Positions 57,730-64,000 of a DNA stretch of 64,000 nucleotides are shown piece by piece (the stretch's first letter is position 1; every line of letters starts with the position of its first letter). Origin of the DNA: Bacillota bacterium (GTDB lineage: Bacteria > Sysuimicrobiota > Sysuimicrobiia > Sysuimicrobiales > Segetimicrobiaceae); assembly GCA_021324295.1 (NCBI GenBank), contig JAJPJJ010000082.1:96316-160315 (forward strand). Direction: 5' to 3'. Position numbers and translations under genes: made by a program. The notes under the pieces are model-generated. The model was not told where the DNA came from, searched no databases, and worked only from the letters and a program-made list of their open reading frames with translations.

Positions 57730-57917
57730 GGCCGTATCCTCCGGGTCGGCGCGCCGGGATGCCGGCGCGCGCGGGATGCGGTTTCGGAGCCGGTCGTGGG
57801 CAGGAGGAGATTCGCCGTGCGCCCCCCAACGGCACTATTCGGCGCCCTGGCGGCGCGCTCATGCGCGCCGCCAGGGCCCCCGGCGTCCGAAGGCAGGAGG
57901 GAAGGGAGGGTGCACGC

Positions 57918-58343
57918 ATGCCGTCCGCTGCGGGCCCGCGTCTGGTGATCCGCCTCAAGCGCGCCTACGATCCCCCGTCGCCCGGCGACGGGCCGAGGGT
58001 GCTCGTGGACCGCCTCTGGCCCCGCGGCGTGGGCAAGGACCGGTTGAAGATCGACGCGTGGCTGCGGGAGATCGCGCCGAGCGCCGCGCTGCGGCGGTGG
58101 TTCGGGCACGATCCGGAGAAGTGGGACGAGTTCCGCCGGCGGTACCGAAAGGAGCTCGCGGCCAAGCGCGCGCTGCTCGACGACCTCGCGCGCCACGCCC
58201 GCGGCGGGAAGCTGACGCTCGTGTACGGCGCCCGCGACCCCGAGCACAATCAGGCGGTGGTGATCAAGGAGGTGCTCCAAGGGGGACCCCCCTCCGCGGC
58301 GCGGCCGGCCCGCCCGCCGCGCGGTACCGCACGGAGACGATGA
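57918..58343 (+). CDS. DUF488 (YeaO-like) protein
   Basis: KRAYDPP..DG.RVLVDRLWPRGV, IAPSAALRRWFGH, LVYGARDPEHNQA. Confidence 0.9.
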   Translation: MPSAAGPRLVIRLKRAYDPPSPGDGPRVLVDRLWPRGVGKDRLKIDAWLREIAPSAALRRWFGHDPEKWDEFRRRYRKELAAKRALLDDLARHARGGKLTLVYGARDPEHNQAVVIKEVLQGGPPSAARPARPPRGTARRR

Positions 58344-58359
58344 CCGCGCCGGCGCAACC

Positions 58360-60096
58360 GTGACCGGCGGCCTCGGGACGCGGCGGGAGGGCCTGGCCCG
58401 GCTCGCCGGGGGACGGTTCGATGTGCTCGTGATCGGCGGAGGCATCACCGGCGCCGGGGTCGCGCTGGAGGCGGCGGCGCGGGGGCTGTCGGTCGCGCTC
58501 GTGGAGCAGCAGGACTTCGCGGAGGGCACGAGCAGCCGGTCCACGAAGCTCATCCACGGCGGCCTGCGGTACCTTCCGATGCTGGATATCGCACAGGTCC
58601 GCGAGGATCTCGAGGAGCGCGGCCTGCTGCTGCGGAACGCGCCGCACCTGGTCCGGCCGCTGCCGTTCGTGCTCCCCCTCTACGCGGGCGCCCGGCGGCC
58701 CCTCGGCCTGCGGCTCCCCGCTCTCCTCCGCCCCCTGCTCCCGGCCGGGATCGCCTGCGGCCTGTGGGCGTACGACGTCCTCGCCGGCCGGCCGGTCCCC
58801 CGCGCCGCGTCTGCCGATCGCGGCGCCGGGCTGCCGCGGCACCGCCGGCTGGCGCGCGACGCGCTCGCCGCGCTCGCCCCGCATCTCCGCCTCGAGGGGC
58901 TGCGGCGGGCGTATCTCTACTACGACGCCGTGACCGACGACGCCCGGCTGGCGATCACCGTCCTGCGCACGGCCGCGCGGCGGGGTGCCGTCGCCGTGAA
59001 CTACGTGCGCGCCGAGGCGCTCGTCACAGAGGGCGGACGCGTCGCCGGCGCCCGCGCGCGGGATGTCCTGTCGGGCACGCGCTTCACGGTCGCGGCGGGG
59101 ACGACGGTCAACGCGACCGGCGTGTGGGCCGAGTCGGTCGCCGCGCTCGCCGGGCCGCCCGCCTTCCGGGTCCGGCGCGCCAAGGGCGTGCACCTGGTCG
59201 TCGCCAGAGCGCGCCTGCCGCTCGCCCGCACGGGCGTGGTGCTGCCGGAGACCGACGACGGGCGGCTCGCATTCCTCGTGCCCTGGCAGGGCGCGGTGCT
59301 CCTCGGGACGACCGACACCGAGTGGACCGGCCCGCCCGACGCGCCGCCGGCGTGCGACGCGGACGCGGCGTATCTGCTCGAGCACGCGTCGCGGTTTCTC
59401 GACGTCCGCCTCGCCCGCGACGACCTCCTCGGCGCGTACGCGGGCCTCCGCCCGCTCGTGAGCCCGGCCCGGTCGGGTGCGGCGAGCGCGCGCCTCTCAC
59501 GCCGGCACGTGGTCGTCCCGTCGCCGGCGGGCCTCGTCACGGTCGTGGGCGGCAAGCTCACCACGTACCGGCGGATGGCGGAGGACGTGATGCGCTGCGT
59601 GGCCTCCCCCGCCCGCGCCGCCCCGTCCGTGACCCGGACGCTCCCGCTCGAAGGCGCCGAGGGCCTGGCGGACGCCCTGCCGGGCCTCCGGGCGCGGGCC
59701 CGGGCGCTCGGGGTGTCCCGCCGCACGCTGGTGCACCTGGTCCGATCCTACGGCACCGGGAGCGCGGCGATCCTCGACCTCATCGCCGACCGTCCGTCCC
59801 TCGGCGAGCCCCTCGCGCCGGGCTGCCCGCACGTCGCCGCGGAGGCCGTCGCCGCCGTCCGGGACGAGATGGCGGTGACGATCGCGGACGTGCTGATGCG
59901 CAGGACGCGGCTCGCCCACCTCCTGCCGCGGCAGGGGCGCGAGATCGCGGGGCGCGTGGCCGCGCTGGTGGCCGGGGAGCTCGGGTGGTCCCGTGAGGTG
60001 CAGGCGGACGCGGTGGATCGCTACGCGCGGGCGGCGGCGTCGCTCGTCGCGCCCGGGGAGGCGTCCTCGTACAGCGGTGCAGGGGGTCCGTGGTAG
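58360..60096 (+). CDS. glpD: FAD-dependent glycerol-3-phosphate dehydrogenase/oxidase
   Basis: GGGITGAG, GTSSRSTKLIHGGLRYL, NATGVW, KGVHLV, GTTD, AGLRP, GGKLTTYRRMAE. Confidence 0.9.
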   Translation: MTGGLGTRREGLARLAGGRFDVLVIGGGITGAGVALEAAARGLSVALVEQQDFAEGTSSRSTKLIHGGLRYLPMLDIAQVREDLEERGLLLRNAPHLVRPLPFVLPLYAGARRPLGLRLPALLRPLLPAGIACGLWAYDVLAGRPVPRAASADRGAGLPRHRRLARDALAALAPHLRLEGLRRAYLYYDAVTDDARLAITVLRTAARRGAVAVNYVRAEALVTEGGRVAGARARDVLSGTRFTVAAGTTVNATGVWAESVAALAGPPAFRVRRAKGVHLVVARARLPLARTGVVLPETDDGRLAFLVPWQGAVLLGTTDTEWTGPPDAPPACDADAAYLLEHASRFLDVRLARDDLLGAYAGLRPLVSPARSGAASARLSRRHVVVPSPAGLVTVVGGKLTTYRRMAEDVMRCVASPARAAPSVTRTLPLEGAEGLADALPGLRARARALGVSRRTLVHLVRSYGTGSAAILDLIADRPSLGEPLAPGCPHVAAEAVAAVRDEMAVTIADVLMRRTRLAHLLPRQGREIAGRVAALVAGELGWSREVQADAVDRYARAAASLVAPGEASSYSGAGGPW

Positions 60097-60291
60097 ACGA
60101 GGCCGTCCCTGGCCAGCCCCACACCCCTTCCGCTCTCCCGGCCGCTCCGGCGCCGTGCCCGCGAGCGCCGGCGCCGCTCGGCGGGCCGGGCGCACCGGTG
60201 GACCTGTTGCGGCGTGGAGTCCCTGGGCATATTGTGCAAGGTGATACCGCAGCGCGTGGCTGGATCAACGGAAACCGGGAGGCACAAGCCC

Positions 60292-61383
60292 GTGGATCCG
60301 ACGCTCATCGCCGTCGTCGCCCTGGCCCTGTTCTTCGACTTCACCAACGGCTTCCACGACGCGGCCAACGCCATCGCGACCAGCGTATCCACGCGGGCGC
60401 TCACCCCTCGGATCGCGGTCGCCTTTGCCGCCCTGCTCAACTTCGCCGGCGCCCTCATCTCGGTCAAAGTCGCCACGACGGTGGGGCAGGGCATCGTCCG
60501 CCCCGAGGCGGTGACCCTCAAGGTGGTGCTCGCCGGCGTGGGGGGCGCCGTCACCTGGAACCTGATCACGTGGTACGCGGGCCTGCCCACCAGCTCGAGC
60601 CATGCCCTCATCGGCGGCCTGATGGGCGCCTCCGTCGCCGCCGTGGGACCGGATACCGTGCGCTGGGGCGGCCTCGTCGAGAAGGTGCTGATTCCGTCGG
60701 CCCTCTCGCCCGTCCTGGGGGTCGGCGCGGCGGCGGCGGTTGTGGTCGGGATCACCTGGCTCGTGCACCGGCAGCGCCCTGGCCCGGTGAACGCGGGGTT
60801 CCGGCGCGCGCAGATCCTGTCCGCCGGGTTCGTGGCCCTCGCGCACGGCACCAACGACGCGCAGAAGACGATGGGCGTGATCGCGCTCGCCCTCGTGGCG
60901 GGACACCCACGCGCGCAGTTCCACGTGCCGCTTTGGGTGATCACGAGCGCCGCCGCCGCGATGGCCGCCGGCACGTACTCCGGCGGGTGGCGGATCATTC
61001 GCACGCTCGGCCAGCGCGTGGTGAAGCTCCACCCCTACCAGGGGTTCGCGGCGGAGACGGCGACCGCGGCGATTCTCTTCACCACCGCCCAGCTCGGCTT
61101 CCCGGTCTCGACCACGCACGCGATCAGCGGCTCCGTGCTCGGCGCCGGCGCCGTCCAGCGCTTCTCCGCCGTGCGCTGGGGGATCGCTCAGGATATCATC
61201 GCCGCCTGGCTGCTCACGATCCCGGCGGCGGGGGCCGTGGCGGGCCTCATGGAGCTGGTCAGCCGGGCGCCGGAAGGGTCCACGATCGTGTTCGGCCTCA
61301 CCGTGGTGATCGCCGCCCTCATCGCCGGCGCCCGGGTCCGCCGAGATCGGCTTCGTGTGGCCGAGCAGCCGCAGCCACCGTAG
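60292..61383 (+). CDS. pit: Inorganic phosphate transporter (PiT family)
   Basis: NGFHDAANAIAT, PTSSSHALIGG, HGTNDAQK, PVSTTH. Confidence 0.93.
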   Translation: MDPTLIAVVALALFFDFTNGFHDAANAIATSVSTRALTPRIAVAFAALLNFAGALISVKVATTVGQGIVRPEAVTLKVVLAGVGGAVTWNLITWYAGLPTSSSHALIGGLMGASVAAVGPDTVRWGGLVEKVLIPSALSPVLGVGAAAAVVVGITWLVHRQRPGPVNAGFRRAQILSAGFVALAHGTNDAQKTMGVIALALVAGHPRAQFHVPLWVITSAAAAMAAGTYSGGWRIIRTLGQRVVKLHPYQGFAAETATAAILFTTAQLGFPVSTTHAISGSVLGAGAVQRFSAVRWGIAQDIIAAWLLTIPAAGAVAGLMELVSRAPEGSTIVFGLTVVIAALIAGARVRRDRLRVAEQPQPP

Positions 61384-61484
61384 CGTTCGTTGCCGATCGC
61401 CGGCGCCCGGGACGGAGGGGCGGGAGCTGCCCGGGCCGGCCGGCGCGGCGCGCTCTGCGATCGGAGATCCCAAGGAGGGCCCGC

Positions 61485-62102
61485 ATGGTGCTGCAACTGT
61501 TTCCCAGGGAAGAGAGCTTCTTTGTGCTGTTCAACCGGGCCGCGCAGAACGTGCTCCGGGGCGGCCAGATGCTCCGCGAGCTCTTCGACGACTATCGCGA
61601 CGTCGAGCAGCGAGCGGAGGCGATCAAGGCGGTGGAAGAGCAGGGCGACGAGATCACCCACGACCTCATCGACCGGCTCAACCGCACGTTCGTCACCCCG
61701 TTCGATCGGGAGGACATCTACGACCTCGCCAAGCAGATCGACAACGTGCTCGACTGGATCGAGGCCGCGGCCGCGCGGATGGCCGTGTACCGGATCCCTC
61801 AGCCGACCCGCGAGGCCCGGGAGCTGGCGCACATCATCGTCAACGTCTGTGAGGTGATCGTAGAGGCCGTGGGCAATCTCCGGAAGCTCGACCGGCTCGA
61901 CGGCCCGATTCAGGAGATCAACCGCCTGGAGAACCTCGCGGACCACCTCCAGCGCGATGCCGTGGCCGCCCTCTTCACGGACAACGTGAACCCGGTCGAC
62001 GTGATCAAGTGGAAGGACGTCTACGACACCCTGGAGGAGGCCACCGACCAGGCGGAAGACGTGGCGAACGTGCTGGAGAGCATCCGTACGAAGCAGATGT
62101 GA
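61485..62102 (+). CDS. DUF47 / Pit accessory protein (PhoU-like)
   Basis: EEQGDEITH, TFVTPFDREDI, INRLENLAD, IKWKDVYDTLEEATD. Confidence 0.9.
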   Translation: MVLQLFPREESFFVLFNRAAQNVLRGGQMLRELFDDYRDVEQRAEAIKAVEEQGDEITHDLIDRLNRTFVTPFDREDIYDLAKQIDNVLDWIEAAAARMAVYRIPQPTREARELAHIIVNVCEVIVEAVGNLRKLDRLDGPIQEINRLENLADHLQRDAVAALFTDNVNPVDVIKWKDVYDTLEEATDQAEDVANVLESIRTKQM

Positions 62103-62208
62103 GCCGGCGGCGCCTGCGCCGCGCGGTGCGGGGGGCGTGTTTGCGCGCCGTCGCCCCCGTGGTACGCTTGGGCCGAGATGGGCCGCGTGCGGGGAGCGGG
62201 GTAAGCGG

Positions 62209-62895
62209 GTGGGGGACAGGATCTTGCTCGTCGACGACGAGCGGGCGATCGTCGAGTCCCTGCGCTACGCGTTAGAGCGGGAAGGCTACGAGGTCCTCGA
62301 GGCCGCGGACGGCAGCGAGGCGGTGCGCCTCGCCCGCGCGCAGCCTCCCGACCTCGTCCTGCTCGACATCATGCTCCCCGGCATGAGCGGGTTCGAGGTC
62401 TGCCGGATTCTCCGCCAGGAGTCCTCCGTGCCCATCCTCATGCTCAGCGCACGCGCAGACGAGCCGGATCGCGTCGTCGGCCTCGACCTGGGCGCAGACG
62501 ACTACATCACGAAGCCGTTCAGCCTGCGCGAGGTCCTGGCGCGGGTCCGGGCGGCGCTCCGGCGCTCCAGAGCCGCCGGGGCGGGCGGCGCGCAGGATGA
62601 GATCCTGCGCGCCGGTGAGATCGCTATGGATCTGGCGCGCCATGAGGTGACGGTGCAGGGCCGGGGCATCGCGCTGCCGCCTCGACAGTTCGACCTCCTC
62701 CGCGCGTTCCTCGCCAACCCGGGGCGGGTGCTGACCCGCGAGCTGCTGCTGCAGAAGGTGTGGGGCTACGACTTCGGCGGCGACGACCGGACGGTCGACG
62801 TGCACGTCCGCTGGCTCAGGCGCAAGCTCGCGGAGGCAGGATCGCGAACAACCATCGAGACCGTCCGGGGCGTGGGCTACAAGCTCATAGGATAG
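62209..62895 (+). CDS. OmpR-family response regulator (PhoP/PhoB/RegX3-like)
   Basis: LLVDDE, LLDIMLPG, GADDYITKPF, RTVDVHVRWLRRK, ETVRGVGY. Confidence 0.9.
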   Translation: MGDRILLVDDERAIVESLRYALEREGYEVLEAADGSEAVRLARAQPPDLVLLDIMLPGMSGFEVCRILRQESSVPILMLSARADEPDRVVGLDLGADDYITKPFSLREVLARVRAALRRSRAAGAGGAQDEILRAGEIAMDLARHEVTVQGRGIALPPRQFDLLRAFLANPGRVLTRELLLQKVWGYDFGGDDRTVDVHVRWLRRKLAEAGSRTTIETVRGVGYKLIG

Positions 62896-62896
62896 C

Positions 62897-64000
62897 ATGC
62901 CGCTCCGTCGCGCGCTGACCCTCGCGTTGCTGATCGAGGCCGCGCTCGCCGCCGCCGCCGCGGCGGCCGCGCTGGCGCTCATGGGGCCCCCTGCGCCGCC
63001 CGCGGGACCCGTGCTGGCGCTGGCGGGAGGATTGGCCGGGGGCCTCGTGGGCGCGCTCGCGCTGGGGGGCCGGCTGGCCACGGCGGTGCGGCGCCCGCTG
63101 CGGAAGATCGCGGCGGCGGCGTGGCCCGGGGCCGAAGGACGCCTGCGGCCCGTCCCCTTGGCCGAGGCCTCGTTCGCGGAAGGCCGCGAGACCATCGCCG
63201 CCTTCAACGTGATGGCCGCGCACCTCGACCGGACGATCGACACGCTGGCCCAGGGCAAGAACACGCTGGAGTCGGTGCTGGCGCACATGAGCGACGCCCT
63301 GCTGATCCTCGATGCCCGGGGCGTCCTGACGCTCATCAACCCGGCGGCGGAGCGGATCTTCGGGGTCGCCGCACCCCTCGTCGCCGGGCACCGCCTGATC
63401 GAGGTGCTCCGCCACTTCGAGCTGGACGCCCTGATCCGGGAGGCGGAGCGCGAGCGGGCCCCGGTGGCGCGCGAGCTCGTGGTCCACCGCCCTCAGCACC
63501 GCGTGCTCCGCGTCCAGGCGAGCCCGGTCCGCGGGCGGCGGGGAGAGTTCCTCGGGACGGTCGTCGTGGCGCAGGACATCACCGACCTGCGCCGGACCGA
63601 CCTCGTCCGGCAGGAGTTCGTCGCCAACGTATCCCACGAGCTGCGGACCCCGCTCGCGGCGCTCCGGACCCTCGCCGAAGCGCTGCTCGACGGGGCGGCC
63701 GGCGACCGAGAGGTCGGGCCGCGGTTTCTCAACCAGATCGTCGCCGAGGTCGATCGGCTGACGCTGCTGGTCAACGACCTCCTCGATCTCTCTGCGATCG
63801 AGAGTGGCAGGGCCAAGATGGAGATGGCGCCCGTGCCCCTCGGCGAGATGGCCGAGGACGTCGCCGCCAAGTTTCGGCCGGTAGCGGATCGCCGCCGGAT
63901 CGCGTTGCGGCTCGAACCGCCTGCCGGTCCTCTCCTCGCCTGGGGGGACCGCGAGCGCCTCGCGCAGGCCGTGGCCAACCTCGTCGACAACGCCGTCAAG
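62897..64000 (+). CDS. PhoR-like HAMP-PAS histidine kinase, truncated by the window end
   Basis: Manual translation from ATG 62897: two TM segments, PAS region (LINPAAERIF), FVANVSHELRTPL (H-box), NLVDNAVK (N-box) at the edge. Confidence 0.88.
   Translation, partial: MPLRRALTLALLIEAALAAAAAAAALALMGPPAPPAGPVLALAGGLAGGLVGALALGGRLATAVRRPLRKIAAAAWPGAEGRLRPVPLAEASFAEGRETIAAFNVMAAHLDRTIDTLAQGKNTLESVLAHMSDALLILDARGVLTLINPAAERIFGVAAPLVAGHRLIEVLRHFELDALIREAERERAPVARELVVHRPQHRVLRVQASPVRGRRGEFLGTVVVAQDITDLRRTDLVRQEFVANVSHELRTPLAALRTLAEALLDGAAGDREVGPRFLNQIVAEVDRLTLLVNDLLDLSAIESGRAKMEMAPVPLGEMAEDVAAKFRPVADRRRIALRLEPPAGPLLAWGDRERLAQAVANLVDNAVK

Overview
High-GC bacterial DNA, gene-dense, with no rRNA, tRNA, CRISPR array or recognisable mobile element. 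All family assignments come from motifs I recognise by eye; no database searches were run. (1) 1-4.9 kb is a selenium locus: senB (partial) and senA of selenoneine biosynthesis, preceded on the same strand by a YraQ/DUF318-type permease. That permease has an in-frame TGA at a normally conserved Cys (GMM-U-TCC), followed by a SECIS-like hairpin, and faces a divergent CysL-like LysR gene across twin palindromic operators. This candidate selenoprotein transporter is the most interesting signal in the window. (2) About 6.7-25.1 kb is a compositionally distinct catabolic island: PucR regulator, LVIVD protein, two paralogous modules (binding protein, amidohydrolase, permeases), a ureohydrolase, three tandem-Dabb proteins, oxidoreductases and a decayed M24 peptidase gene. 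(3) 25-41 kb holds DUF72, ligD, an aminotransferase, an LLM oxidoreductase, YihY, a PQQ-like beta-propeller protein, a nucleoside ABC system with a deaminase, CapA and a GNAT. (4) 41-58 kb is a LysR-centred amine/phosphonate catabolic cluster: GlnA4-like ligase and SDR; CoA transferase, citryl-CoA lyase-like enzyme, ALDH, class III aminotransferase, AP-superfamily hydrolase and Liv-type ABC; and pbfA. (5) 58-64 kb holds DUF488, glpD, pit, DUF47 and a PhoP/PhoR-like pair.
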